DNA of 63,811 nucleotides, filler included, from Octopus bimaculoides (Eukaryota): the NCBI RefSeq assembly GCF_001194135.2. It is 6 parts of 4 records of this genome, joined end to end, with 100 filler letters (N's around TTAATTAATTAA, not from the genome) between each part and the next. Parts side by side here need not be neighbours in the genome. Positions count along the whole stretch, not along the records: positions 20,421 to 48,215 come from NC_068991.1; positions 48,316 to 56,903 come from NC_068992.1; 4 more parts are not named here. One strand, written 5' to 3'. The notes beneath the pieces are model-generated. The model saw only the letters and a program-made list of their open reading frames with translations. It had not been told where the DNA came from and did not search any database. Shown here in pieces: positions 37,801-51,310 of the stretch. The number at the start of each line of letters is the position of its first letter. Positions within the stretch are counted from its first letter, which is position 1. The position numbers and the translations under genes were made by a program.

Positions 37801-38220
37801 GGCGCAGAAGTGGCTGTGTGGTAAGTAGCTTGCTTACCAACCACATGGTTCCGGGTTCAGTCCCACTGCGTGGCAACTTGGGCAAGTGTCTTCTACTATA
37901 GCCTCGAGCTGACCAAAGCCTTGTGAGTGGATTTGGTAGATGGAAACTGAAAGAAGCCCATCGCATATATATATATATGTATATGTATATATATATATAT
38001 GTGTGTGTGTGTGTATGTATGTGTTTGTGTGTCTGTGTTTGTCCCCCAACATCGCTTGACAACTGATGCTGGTGTGTTTATGTCCCTGTCACTTAGTGGT
38101 TCGGCAAGAGAGACCAATAGAATAAGTACTAGGCTTACAAAGAATAAGTCCTGGGGTCGATTTTCTCGACTAAAGGCGGTGCTCCAGCATGGCCGCAGTC
38201 AAATGACTGAAACAAAAAGA
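37801..38220 (+). mobile_element. SINE family B, full length
   Basis: ggcgcagaagtggctgtgtggtaagtagc...ccgggttcagtccc (B-box-like)...internal (TA)/(TG) tract...gcggtgctccagcatggccgcagtcaaatgactgaaac. Confidence 0.92.
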
Positions 38221-39024
38221 ATAAAAACAATTTTAAAAAATGAGTCCAACACCCTAACCACCACTAAGCCACTGTAGTTGTTTAACCCTAGGTCAGCCTT
38301 GTCTGAGAAGACCTATGAACAAAGGCTTTCTTTCCAACCATGATCTAATTATGCAAGGCATCCACTTTTGTAAGACAGTAGGGATTGAAACAAGAAATAT
38401 TTGGCTGCTATTTTTAGCACAGTGAACACCCTCACAAAGATGTTGTTGTTGACTTGGAATGTGTTGGTGTGTGATTCCATGGTAATCAGAAACAGTCGAG
38501 TGGTCTTTTTCTGGATATAGGTTTATATGTCTTTGCATGCAGAAATAACAGAAACTACATCCAGGGATGCAGGAATAATATTCTATTGATTTTCAACTTG
38601 AAATTTTGCAAATCCATGCAAATTACTGAAAATTCTTTTTTTTTTATTCTAGATTCTAAATATATTTTTGTTTATAATGAGAAATTAAATATCAGTGTTT
38701 GATAATGTTTACTATGTGAATCTCACAGCATTTAATTTTTTTTTTTTTTTTTGTCATTATTCTATTATTCTTAGAGAACAAGAATGAATTAAAATTAATT
38801 TTAATTGTTTGTTAGATATAACATAAAAAAAATTACAGTGGGAGAAATAAATGCAAAATAAACAGATATTTTATGTTTATGCATACACATGTACATGCAT
38901 ATACATACACACACAAATGAATACATGTGTACATATATGTATACATGGAATAAATATAGAGAAACTCAGTATTATTGAGTATGTACATGACCACTGAGAA
39001 TATTTTGAAAACTTCTACCAAATG

Positions 39025-39140
39025 AGAACATAACAGGCCAGATATTGTTGTTTGGGGACAGACATGAAAACGTATATACCATCATAGAGGTCATGTGCTC
39101 TGCTGATGAGAATATCTCATTGAAAATCAAACAGGAAGAG
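39025..39140 (+). mobile_element. RLE LINE endonuclease fragment
   Basis: EHNRPDIVVWG / (frameshift) TIIEVMCSADENISLKIKQEE, a PD-(D/E)xK-type RLE motif; homologous to 53575-53668. Confidence 0.8.
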
Positions 39141-39396
39141 GCAACATGCTGGACACACAAAAAACAGCCCACGTCAGAGGATGGCAGTGCACAAATCTCA
39201 AATTAGAATTCCGGAATACAGGAGAATATCTGTCAGCCAACACATAGATGAATGTACATCCAACAAATTTCCCAAATTCACAACATTTCCACTATACAAA
39301 TTCAAAGACAATGCTAGCCAAAATGAACGCATTAGCAAGGAAATGCATTTCATAAGGAAGTATCGATCGAGTCTAAATTTTTTAAACTCGGAATAA
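39141..39396 (+). pseudogene. PLE GIY-YIG endonuclease C-terminal remnant (second family)
   Basis: HAGHTKNSPRQRMAVHKSQIRIPEYRRISVSQHIDEC...FPLYK...RISKEMHFIRKYRSSLN; fits the YIG-x-T...R-x-x-x-H...E-x-x-F-I...L-N pattern. Confidence 0.75.
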
Positions 39397-42300
39397 TCCA
39401 TCTGTATTTTAGTGCTTATGAGAAATATAAAAATTGAAGCAGTAATGTTTATATTTAAAGTGACATCCTATCACGAAAGAACCCTCTCTCTACCTTTCAC
39501 AGGAAATGTGTCAAGGCCGACAGGAAGCGGTGCAGCTTCCTAGGGCTAAATAGCAGTAGTATGATTCCCTTCTTGGGACTGTCACGTTAAGTTGACAGCA
39601 TACAACTACTTTATTGTATCACTACTGCTTAAGTCTCTCTGAGAGATTTAGAAATGTATCATTTCTAATTTTTGATAAGGTTTTTCAAAAACCGAAACAT
39701 GTAAAAGAAAGGCATTTTTCTTTTAATGTATTTACATAAAGAAATTCAAATGTGCCTAATTTTAAAAAAGTAGCATTTTCATTCTTCTTTTTCATAAATA
39801 TCTACTTACTTGTGTGTTCCCTCTACATTTTTAAAAATACACACACACACACATAGATGGATAGATAGATAGATATCATCATCATCCTCATTATATTTTA
39901 ATGTCCGTTTTCCATGCTGGTATGGGTTGGACGGGTTAACTGAAAACCGGTAAGCTGAGGAGCTGCACCAAGTTTCAGCCTGATTTGGTATGATTTCTAC
40001 TGCTGGATGCCCTCCCTAATGCCAACCACTCCATGAGTATAGTGAGTGCTTTTTACATGCTAGTTACTAAATACTAGCATCAGCAATGACTACAATCTCA
40101 CTTGGCTTGATAGGTCTTCTCAAGCACATTACCAAAGTATCGGTTACTTGTCCAAAATTTTCAGCCACTTGTCCAAAGTCTCGGTCACTTGAGCCTGCTT
40201 CTGTGAGGCCCAAAGCTCGAAGGGTGTTATTTACATGCCACCAGTATGGGTACCAAGCATGCAACACTGGCATCAGCCAAATGTATGTGTATATATATGT
40301 GTGTGTGTGGGTGTGTGTACACACACACACACATTTATACATATGTATAAAAGAATTAAAAAGGATTAATAAATCCAGGCAGATATCTATAAAGCAATGT
40401 ATCAAATGAATTTGGTTAATTATATAAAACAATCAGATACCAATAACTTCAGGTAGAATTAATATCCAAGATAATTCGTCATGCATGACAAGTAAATCCA
40501 AATATCACTGGAAAGAATTTCAAGAAATTCTATGTAAGAAACAAGAATGAAGAATGTTACATATTTGATTGATGATTACACTACACATTACTGATGATTA
40601 TTTCTATTGTGCTAGCATAGTTTGATATACAAAATAGTGAGAAAAAATCCAGTCAAATTGATATATGCAAAAGTATATGCTAACACAACATTATCACGGC
40701 AATCCAAAATAGGCCAAATCCAAAGTGAACCAAGAAAATATCTCCGTTAGATAAACGCATCCAAAAAGAATATCAAGAAAAAATATATTCTCAGAAAAGC
40801 CAGTTTAGTTTTCAACTTCTAGATGACATCATTTGATAGAAAAAAATGAAAAATAAACATAAAATTTTGTCATGACAATTAATTATCTATCTATTAAATA
40901 TGGTAAAAAACATTTTAGAAAAATTATGCATATTAGATTATAGGAAAAGCAATTATAATTTATGGGTAATTTACTGTTGAAATGTTTAAATGCTTTTGTA
41001 TACTTATGAGAACATTTTAATGTAAAATTATTTTTACAATTTAATATCTCTAATTTGGAAGTAATTATGCAATATTTTTCCTCAATTGCAAATCTTGTGC
41101 AATGATGCATAAAGTGATCCATTATCATGGATCGTTATGTCATAGTTAATGTTCCTTTCTAATAAGAGGTTTTTTACATGTTTATCCTACATGTACAATT
41201 TTGTAACTCCAGTTAGCAAATGAGACATGTAATGGTGAATAAATAATACAAAAAACTTCCAACCTTCTGTTCTGATATATGGTTATTCTGCGAACAATAT
41301 TTCCCCCAATATTTGTGCCCCCAACATCGCTTAACAACCTATGCTGGTGAGCTTATGTACCCGTAACTTAGCGGTTAGGCAAAAGTGACAGAATAAGTAT
41401 TAGGCTTACAAAGAATAAGTCCAGGGGTCAATTTGCTCGACTAAAGGCAGTGCTCCAGCATGGCCACCGTCAAATGACTGGAACCAGTAAAAGAATAAAG
41501 GAAAAGAATGATCCATCTGTATTTTAGTGCTGATGAGAAATATAAAAATCGAAGCAGTAATGTTTATATTTAAAATGACATCCTATCAGGAAAGAGCCCT
41601 CTCTCTACTTTTCACTCATTTTTGATCTATTTATCTCTGACCCCAAATCCAGTTTCCCCTTATCTAGCTACCTTTTTCTCAAGTAAATTTATGTATTATA
41701 ATATAAATACATACACACATATATATATATGCATGTATCTAAGTACACATATACATATCTATACACACAAGCGTGCGCGCACATTTCTTATCATTTTATA
41801 GCATTAACTCAGCAATTAAAATTTTAAACTCTAATTTAAATGTTGATGTCACATCTCGTGTTTGACTCATTTAGCCCTGAAATGTACATGTGTGTATGTG
41901 TATAGGAGTGAATATATGTAATTTTGTATGCATGAATATTTATGCCTCTGTGTGTGTGTGTGTGTGTGTATCAAGTTTAATCATACAGAAAACATAAATT
42001 CAATCAATACCAGCTTCTACTAGAAGTGCGTAGAGTCTAATGTATGTACGAATGTAAACATGACGTTAGGACTGCAAACTCATACCTTACATACATTAAG
42101 AACTATGTACCTTTAGATATGTGTGTCCGTCCACATAAACACAGTCATACAAATATATATGTACTTTATTGCGAACATAGACAAGGAATTACATATCTAT
42201 GTGGTCATATCTGTTTGAATATCAATAAATAAATAAATAAAATAGATAAATGAGAATGTGTACTCACACACACACACACACACACACTATATATATATAT

Positions 42301-42961
42301 ATATATATATATAGATGCTTGCTTGCACGTGAGTATGTTTATATATATATATATCAACAATTTGGTTTGGTATTCAATAGTAGCTTTGGAACTCTTGTTT
42401 ATAGCAGTTGGATGAAAATACGCTAAAACTGTAAGTTTAGTACATTGTTGTTTTTTTTTCTGGTTGATCTCTAAGTGTATTTCTGTTTATGAACATTCAA
42501 TGCTTCATTAGGCACCCTGTTTCAGGGTATTGAAAACGTTTGTGTTTTACATCACAAAAATTACGAAAAAGAAGAGAAAAAAAAAGGAGAAAAAACCCAA
42601 CAAAAAAACAAGTAGCAGCTTTTAATTACACTGTTTATATTTACATCATGAATCTGTGGTTCACCTTGGTTCCACGTGATTAGGAGTTCAATCTCATTGC
42701 ATGGACACTGCTAACTGGCATCCTCTAATGCAACTAATGTAGACTGGCCAATAACTTATAAGTGAAATTGGTTGAAGGAAACTGGAAGAAACCTTTTATT
42801 TGCATGNNNNNNNNNNNNNNNNNNNNNNNNNNNNNNNNNNNNNNNNNNNNNNNNNNNNNNNNNNNNNNNNNNNNNNNNNNNNNNNNNNNNNNNNNNNNNN
42901 NNNNNNNNNNNNNNNNNNNNNNNNNNNNNNNNNNNNNNNNNNNNNNNNNNNNNNNNNNNNN

Positions 42962-43016
<55 letters not shown>

Positions 43017-43024
43017 ATATACAT

Positions 43025-43412
43025 CTTTTATTTGTTTCAGTCATTTGACTGCAGTCATGCTGGAGCAGCATCTTTATAGTCGAATGAATCAACCATAGGT
43101 GTCAAACTTTGTAAGTTAGGTACTTATTCTGTTGGTCTCCTTTGCCGAACCGCTAAGTTATGGGGACATAAACACACCAGCATCGGTTGTCGAGCGATGG
43201 TGGGGGCAGGGAGAAACAGACACACAAACACACACACACACATATATACGACGAGCTCCTTTCAGTTTCCGTCTACCAAATCCACTCACAAAGCTCTGGT
43301 CGGCCCAAGGCTATAGTTGAAGACACTGGCCCAACATGTCACGCAGTGGGACTGAACCCGGAACCATGTGGATGGTAAGCAAGCTACTCACCACACAGCC
43401 ACTCCTGCACCT
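43025..43412 (-). mobile_element. SINE family B, near full length
   Basis: Reverse complement of the 37801-38220 consensus. Confidence 0.9.
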
Positions 43413-45374
43413 ATATATACCTTGTGAGTTCAATCCCAACACTCTAACCACTGAGCCATGTGCCTTCACACACACACATGTATACACACAAACACATTTA
43501 TATCAACATGTATGCACAAAGCATATAGCAATAATTCAATTGTCCAGTTGATAATTTCTTTACTGACAAACACCTTTTGTATCTTAATAATGGCAACATA
43601 ATGTAAGAGTCAAAAGGAGCACTCAAAACATACGTAAGAGCTATTATCTGATGTGATAAAGTCTAGATTCTAGGGAAAGTGATCATGATCTATATTATCT
43701 ACATGTGCTATTTCAATAGAAGAGATCATAGAGGACTTCAATAATGAACTCATTGAACCCTAACACAGATATTCATACATTTAATGTGTTTCATTGATAA
43801 CATATAAAAAAAAAAAGTAAAGACCCCTTTAAAGCATGAAGGACCATGAAATTGCACCTAGAAAGTTCACCTCTGGGGCACAAGTCCAGGCAATGTTGTT
43901 TGTGGAAGACCAGCAGTTACTCGACTAAAGGCGGTGCTCCAGCATGGCCACAGTGAAATGACTAAAACAATTAAAAGAGTAAAAGAGATATATATTGTAT
44001 GTAAGTGTGTGTGTATACATACTTACTCATGCACATGCCAAGATACAAAACAGGTTATAACAAGATAATTCAAGATGTCCCGCAGTGTGACAAAACTTGA
44101 AACCACATTTACAAAACAAACTTCTTTACCACAAAACCATAACTATATCGGTGTGTGTACGTCTGTGCTTGTATATGTGTGTCTGTATGTGCATATATAT
44201 ATATGCGTGTCTGTTTTGTGTGTTTACGAAGCATTCAATAGAAACATTAAAACATAACTTATTTATTTGACTGAACCCATAAGCCATTAACTCTTACTGT
44301 TTCTGCACATAAATGTTGGATGAGATGGTATCTATGGTTGGTTGTGGTGGTAGTGGTGGCAGAGTAGGCGAGGGTGGAGGGAAAACAAAACAGCAATAAT
44401 AATAATAATAGATGCATGTCCAAATGTACAAGGTGACAGAATGTGAGATGAGACGCGCACAAAAAAAAAGCAACAACAATAAAAACCAAAGAAAAGGGCA
44501 AACATGTTAAATAATACAACATGAAATGGAAGATGGTTAAATAAACAAGCCTTGTTGAAGCAGGATTGAGAAAGAGGGGTTATCTTATTATCTGTAGGAA
44601 CTGATAATTACATCTGGATGGTTTATCTTAATCTTCTTGTCATTCTAGACAGCCTTGTTGTCATGAACTATGTTTGGTACATGTTTATATTACTTAATGT
44701 CTCCGGTGATGGTGGTAGTGGTAATGTCTCCGGTGATGGTGGCAGGTCACGTTGAATTTGAATTCATTGGCATGTTGCCCATAGGACATGGCTGCTGTAA
44801 CTCAGTCATTCTGGGTTCATATATATATATATATATATATACCCACATATATAAATTATTATTTATATAGAGAGAGTGATAAATTGAATAATTATTCAAT
44901 TTAAAACCAAGTGGCCGAGCATATAAAAAAAATCTAAAAATTCAGAAAAATTGTATTACATGTGTATAAGAAGGAATGACCACTAAGTGGACATCCTATA
45001 CGCTAGAAAAAGGTCATCAACGACCCAACCACAAAGAAAAATATTGTCCTCCAGAAAAAAAAACACCCTCTTTCTAGCATATAGGANNNNNNNNNNNNNN
45101 NNNNNNNNNNNNNNNNNNNNNNNNNNNNNNNNNNNNNNNNNNNNNNNNNNNNNNNNNNNNNNNNNNNNNNNNNNNNNNNNNNNNNNNNNNNNNNNNNNNN
45201 NNNNNNNNNNNNNNNNNNNNNNNNNNNNNNNNNNNNNNNNNNNNNNNNNNNNNNNNNNNNNNNNNNNNNNNNNNNNNNNNNNNNNNNNNNNNNNNNNNNN
45301 NNNNNNNNNNNNNNNNNNNNNNNNNNNNNNNNNNNNNNNNNNNNNNNNNNNNNNNNNNNNNNNNNNNNNNNNNN

Positions 45375-45607
45375 GCCGACCAAAGCCTTGTGAGTGGATT
45401 TGGCAGATGGAAACTGAAAGAAGCCCGTCGTATATATGTATATATATATATGTGTGTGTATATGTTTGTGTGTCTGTGTTTGTCCCCCCCCACCATCACT
45501 TGACAACTAATGGTGGTGTGTTTACGTCCCCCGTAACTTAGCGGTTCAGCAAAAAGAGACCAATAGAATAAGTACTATGCTTACAAAGAATAAGTCCTGG
45601 GGTCGAT
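45375..45607 (+). mobile_element. SINE family B (5' end lost in a gap)
   Basis: gccgaccaaagccttgtgagtggatttggc...gcttacaaagaataagtcctggggtcga. Confidence 0.85.
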
Positions 45608-45609
45608 TA

Positions 45610-46210
45610 TATATATGCAGAAATCTGGTGGGTTGGAGGAATGAAAGAGAAGAAAGAGGATGGCGAGCTGGGAGTGAAGAATAATAGGGAAGAGGAAAGA
45701 ATGAAAAGTAGAGGGGAGGAAATTTGTGGGAAGGGAAAGGTTGTGAGGGGGAAGGGGGAAGGTGGTAAGAGGAAGAGGAAGGTGGTGAGAGAAGGAGTAA
45801 AGTGGGGAGAAGTGAAAGAGGAGGAAAAAAGTGATGAGGGGAGAGGAAGAGAAGAAGGAAAGTGATGAGGCGAGAAAGAGGAGAAAAGTGACAAGGGGAG
45901 AGGGAAGAAGAGGAGGAGAGGAGGTGGCAGTGGTGACAAAACACATAAAAGGCTTTGAAAAAATATGGAGATAGAGAAGGAGAGCAATGTGCAAGTGATG
46001 GAAGATGAAAAATAATAAATATAAGCATGGTCTGTAGTTGCTGGTGATGAGAGAAGTGAAATCCCAGCTGCCTGCTGGTTGGTGAGAAAGGTAAAATAAG
46101 AGTGGTAGTGGTGGAGGTGCAGAGAAGCAGGTGAAGAGTAGGGATGGCATGAGGTTTTGTAAATGCAACAAGGATGAAAGAAGAAAAAAAAAAGGGGAGG
46201 AAAAAAATGC
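45610..46210. repeat. Purine-rich (GA-biased) low-complexity tract
   Basis: Strong G+A bias on the plus strand; a similar tract lies at 1-210. Confidence 0.8.
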
Positions 46211-47061
46211 CAAAGATGGGTTAATTATTTAGGTCATTTGAGAGCAATCAATATATTCCTACTAATTGTGAACCTATTTAAATAGGTACTTATCTATCTG
46301 TCAGTTTGTCTGTCTGTCTATTTGTTTGTCTATTCATCCGTCTACCCAAACCTACCTCCATCTGCTCGTTGCTTACCTATTCGTACACATGCACAGTGCA
46401 TATATTCACACACAGATGTGTGTGTGTGTGTGTACTTAAATGCCTGGTGCAGCCAAGTAATTTAAGGTTGCTGGTGTTCACCAGCAGGAAAAAACAGAAG
46501 CCCAAACAGTTTATCATCAGGGAAAACTTTATTGCACACATATTCAACAAAGTGTTGCCCTTGTGGTTGAGCTAAATGCTTTTGGAACACCTGTTGCAGG
46601 GTTCCAAACAACTATAAAGGTGAAATGCTTTTAGGGACTATAATATAAATCTATGTTTATCTTTATTTCTCTTACATTTACTCTGAATATAGAAGTTTCT
46701 TCACTGCTATGCATGAAGCAGGCTGGATTATGATAATCTACATGGAGCTCTAAATGTAAGAGTAACACAATTTCTAACACACACACACACACACACACTA
46801 TATATATATATATATATATATATNNNNNNNNNNNNNNNNNNNNNNNNNNNNNNNNNNNNNNNNNNNNNNNNNNNNNNNNNNNNNNNNNNNNNNNNNNNNN
46901 NNNNNNNNNNNNNNNNNNNNNNNNNNNNNNNNNNNNNNNNNNNNNNNNNNNNNNNNNNNNNNNNTATATATATTTTATCTATAAAGCTCAATTTAATTTT
47001 AATTTTTTATAAATTGATTTTAATTGAGTTTTTACCTGTAATTTTGGATTTTGTCCCTAAT

Positions 47062-47119
<58 letters not shown>

Positions 47120-48183
47120 TATATATATAGAATCATGATTTCTCACAGTTTCTATCTACCAAATATCCTCACAAGGCATTGGTTGTCTCATGGCTTGAGC
47201 AGAAGACACTGGCTCAGAGTGCCATGCAATAGGAGTGGGATTGAACCAGAAAACTCTCAGTTACGAGTCAAACTACTTAGTCCACACAGTTTTGTTTGAA
47301 CTTATTTCATAAAAGATTTTAGTTGTTCTTTCGTTATTCATTTAAAGGTATTTTTAAATTAGTTTGTGTTTTTATTTTTGTAGTTATAATATAAGCTGTT
47401 GTTTGAAATTTACTTGCCTTTTCATTAAATTTTGGCAGATAAATCATAAAATGAGTTTTTTTATTTCTTATAATGTTCGTTTCAATCAGCCAAGAGATTC
47501 TTTTCTTTCATATGAGTTTTATTTTTGTTGCGTAAAAGATAAGTGTAGTTTATTTTTATTATTATCCTTTCTTCATTTTCTTTCTTTATTAAACTTATGC
47601 TTTTACTAAAGACTGAGTTTAATGAAAAAAACAATATCTGGACTCACCAATTTGCTTGCATCATCATCATCATCGTCTTTTTCTATCTCATGGCTCACCG
47701 AGTTGGAATAAAGTTAGATTATCAATAAAAGAGGCAATGGTTTGTAAATATCTTATCGCCAAGACTATAAAGTAGCAACTGTGATGTGTCTGGAGTTGGA
47801 ATTATTTATATATTTTAATTATATCTCATATAGTAAACAATGGTAACCTTGGTTACAGATTTCTGATGGGTCCATCAAGAGTTCACTGCATTTATGACGG
47901 CGTGAGTGACAAAGTAGTAATCTATGCAACACAAGCAAAATAACACCACAAGGCATTTTTGTTTGGAAACATAAGCTTCATTGGTTTTCTTGCTCATGTT
48001 TACGTTCTTACTGATATACACAGGAGAAAGTTAATTCAGATATATGTAGAAGCTGAAATGTAGTTTAATAGCTTTTTATAGAATCTATTCTGTGTTACCT
48101 TTAACATACTTATCTACTCTAGTTCCAGTACTCAGTTCATTTTTAATATTGTTGTCGATTTGAACACTATGCAATTATTTCCA

Positions 48184-48215
<32 letters not shown>

Positions 48216-48466
48216 NNNNNNNNNNNNNNNNNNNNNNNNNNNNNNNNNNNNNNNNNNNNTTAATTAATTAANNNNNNNNNNNNNNNNNNNNNNNNNNNNN
48301 NNNNNNNNNNNNNNNTAGAACAAAACTCTACAAATCCAAATATATGGTACCCTAGGCATAACACCTACATGAACTTCTAACTTGTTGTCTCTTGAGGTCT
48401 CTGGGTGAGATTTGGATCCAACTTGTACAAATGCAAAACAAAAGTCAAACATAAAATAATAATAAT

Positions 48467-48521
<55 letters not shown>

Positions 48522-48570
48522 GCAATAACGAAAATAATAATAATAATAGCAATAACAATAATAATAAATT

Positions 48571-48700
48571 GAACTACTGGGCACTGCACACATCCTACGC
48601 AAAACACTTTCAATACAGTAACCATAAGAGCATCACAGTAAACCACAGCACATATCCAAGGCGCACAGAGCTGCGCTCGGTAGTGAACTGAAAGTACTGA
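48571..48700 (+). mobile_element. R4/Dong-like LINE extreme 3' end embedded in (TAA)n
   Basis: LLGTAHILRKTLSIQ* plus 3' UTR; TAA-type repeats on both sides; same family as 15124-15270. Confidence 0.8.
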
Positions 48701-48714
48701 ATAATAATAATAAC

Positions 48715-48783
<69 letters not shown>

Positions 48784-49687
48784 TTTCTTATTCGAACGGA
48801 GAAATATATCATGATTTTGCTGTTGAAATTCCACAGAAGGAGCATTGGATCTTGGTTAGAAACCGACCCTTTCTCTATTGGCAAGAAATCTTGAAATAAA
48901 ACTCAATAATAACATACATATATACATACATACATGCATATTATATATATTATATACATACATACATACTTATACCTCAGCACATATAATGGAAAATGTA
49001 CGTGTATTCTGAATGAATAGATAAACTCGACTATATGCTTTGCATACGTCTATTTATTTTGGTAATCTAAACATACGCGTGTACACTGCACATATATATG
49101 TAACTGTTTATCAATGCATTCACTTATGTTCCTCTGTCGAAAGGTTACTTAGTTTCCAGCGTTTTTACCAGTTTATGTTAATAACGTCTTTGGTGGAAAT
49201 GTTTTTTTGCAATTTACTGTCTCTTTTATCAAACTCTTGCTCTTTCGAACTACAGTAAATTTCATGAGGTTTTGCGTTTTATGTTTGATTTTGTTATTGT
49301 TGTTTCTCTATTTGTCGTTGTTTGCGAATTTCCTTTTGTATTTGCGGATTTTCCAGTATTATCACTTATACTGTCGATTCTTTTGTTCTTGTCGCTGTCT
49401 TTGTGAGAGGAGTGGTGGTGGGGTAATATTAGACTTCGTGTGTTTGGAAAAAAGGTTTCTGTATTTCGCTAAAAAAATTGTTCAGCTTTTAACTTGGTGA
49501 ACGCTGCCTTATTTTATCTATTTGTTTTTTCTCTACAATTCTCTCAGGTCATATGTTACAATCTTGTCTTGCATTTGTCGTACGACTATGTCTCAGCGTT
49601 CGCAAGAAACTGAACCAACGCATACATGATTGTGGCATTGTATGTTGTTATGAGTTGGTGAGCTCCTAATTACAGGAAGGCTACTCT

Positions 49688-49920
49688 TATTTCTTTATTA
49701 CCGACAATGGATTAAACATAGAGGAGACAAACAAGGACAGACAAAGGGATTAAGTCGATTATATTGACCCCAATGCGTAACTGGTACTTATTTAATCGAC
49801 CCCGAAAGGATGAAAGGCAAAGTCGACCTCGGCGGAATTTGAACTCAGGACCTAACGGCAGACGAAATACCGCTAAGCATTTCGCCCGGCCTGATAATGT
49901 TTCTGCCAGCTCGCCGCCTT
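49688..49920 (-). mobile_element. SINE family A, near full length
   Basis: ...gaccccgaaaggatgaaaggcaaagtcgacctcggcggaatttgaactcagg...ttctgccagctcgccgcc. Confidence 0.92.
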
Positions 49921-50959
49921 AAAGCTACTCTTCTTTGTGGTGTTAGAAGGGAAACTACTCCTGTTGGTGTTGTTGGAAATGAATCTGACTTTTCTAGGAT
50001 CCGGTGTTCGTCTTATTGCTATTACTATTGTTGTTGTAATGGCTCAGAGATTAGAACATCGGGCCCACAATCATGCTATTGGTATAGTAGTTGCTGGTAT
50101 TGGCCTCATTATTATTATTGTTGTGTATGTAGTGAATTCTGAAGTTGGTAGAAGAGCTCTTCAAAGGTTTAGTGTTACTGCTTGTGTAGCACTCAGTTCT
50201 CCTGCTTTGTGATACAACGTAACTCGGAATACTTTTATGATCGTTGGAAATATCTGGGGTTTTTTGGACAACATTTTCACATTGCTTCGACGCTTTTTCT
50301 TTCAGTACTAACCAGAGCTTCGATAAAAGCTTAAGGACAAAATCATTTTGTTCCTTTTCTTGGCGTTGTTGTTTTTAAATAATCATATTTGTCGTTCTCT
50401 TTTGGCAATATCGGAAAATTTTTTAATAAAAAAATTCTGAAATCATTAGTTTTGTCTGGTATTGTGTCACTCTGTCGATTTCCTCTGGGCATGCTATAGT
50501 TGTTATTGCTAGTATTACTTAGGGGAAACACTGCTCGTATGGGCGGAGATGCTTTGTTAATAATTGTATGACTATCATTAGTAATAATCTTCTTGTGAAA
50601 AACTGTGATTGAAAATTGTTTTCTCCTAATAGGAAGGAACAAGTTTTGACAAGTTTAAAGCGTTTATGAAATTCATTCCACATTTTCATCACTAATAAAT
50701 GCTGCTGATAATTTTGATTTATGCAAGTATATATAGTAGAAAATTATGCCTTTGTCCTCCTTATCATGGAGGTATGAGATTTATTTTAATTTCTTGCTTA
50801 CGTGTCCTTTACGGCAAACTCGACTAAAATAGTTTTAGGAATGAGTTTATAAAACACCTGATGACCAAATGAAACTTAATGAAACTTAAATCGGATAAGA
50901 AAACAGCAATAAGAAGAAGAGCGGCAACATTATCATTAACACCACACCTCCCACGTTGA

Positions 50960-51187
50960 TAATATTGACAACGATAATGATTATGAGGATGATGAGTAGA
51001 GCGATGTTGATGACGAAGACAACGAATGATGACGATGAGGATGAGGAGGGGGAGGATGATGACAACGCTGACGATGGTAATGATACTCAAGACAGTGAAG
51101 ACTGTGGCGGCGACGACGGCCACAGCTACGACAATGAAGGTGACGACCACGATGAAGATGATGGTGAAAAAATGATGATGATGATAT

Positions 51188-51246
<59 letters not shown>

Positions 51247-51310
51247 GTGTTGATGGTGATGATGATGATGATGATGATGATGATATCGATGATGATGATG
51301 ATGATGATGA
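50960..51310. repeat. (GAT)n-based trinucleotide low-complexity tract
   Basis: Direct reading; pure (GAT)n at about 51170-51310. Confidence 0.9.

Noticed and set aside
37801-37875. tRNA-like sequences at SINE heads
   Set aside because: They continue into SINE bodies and lack a full cloverleaf, so they are not called tRNA genes.
45546-46213. Overlapping 126-210 aa minus ORFs rich in L/S/F/P
   Set aside because: They are by-products of a purine/pyrimidine-skewed tract that lacks stop codons.
47648-47720. Minus-strand GTGAGT donor after SNSVSHEIEKDDDDDASKL
   Set aside because: There is an in-frame stop just upstream and no good acceptor; the acidic run is a (GAT)n repeat.
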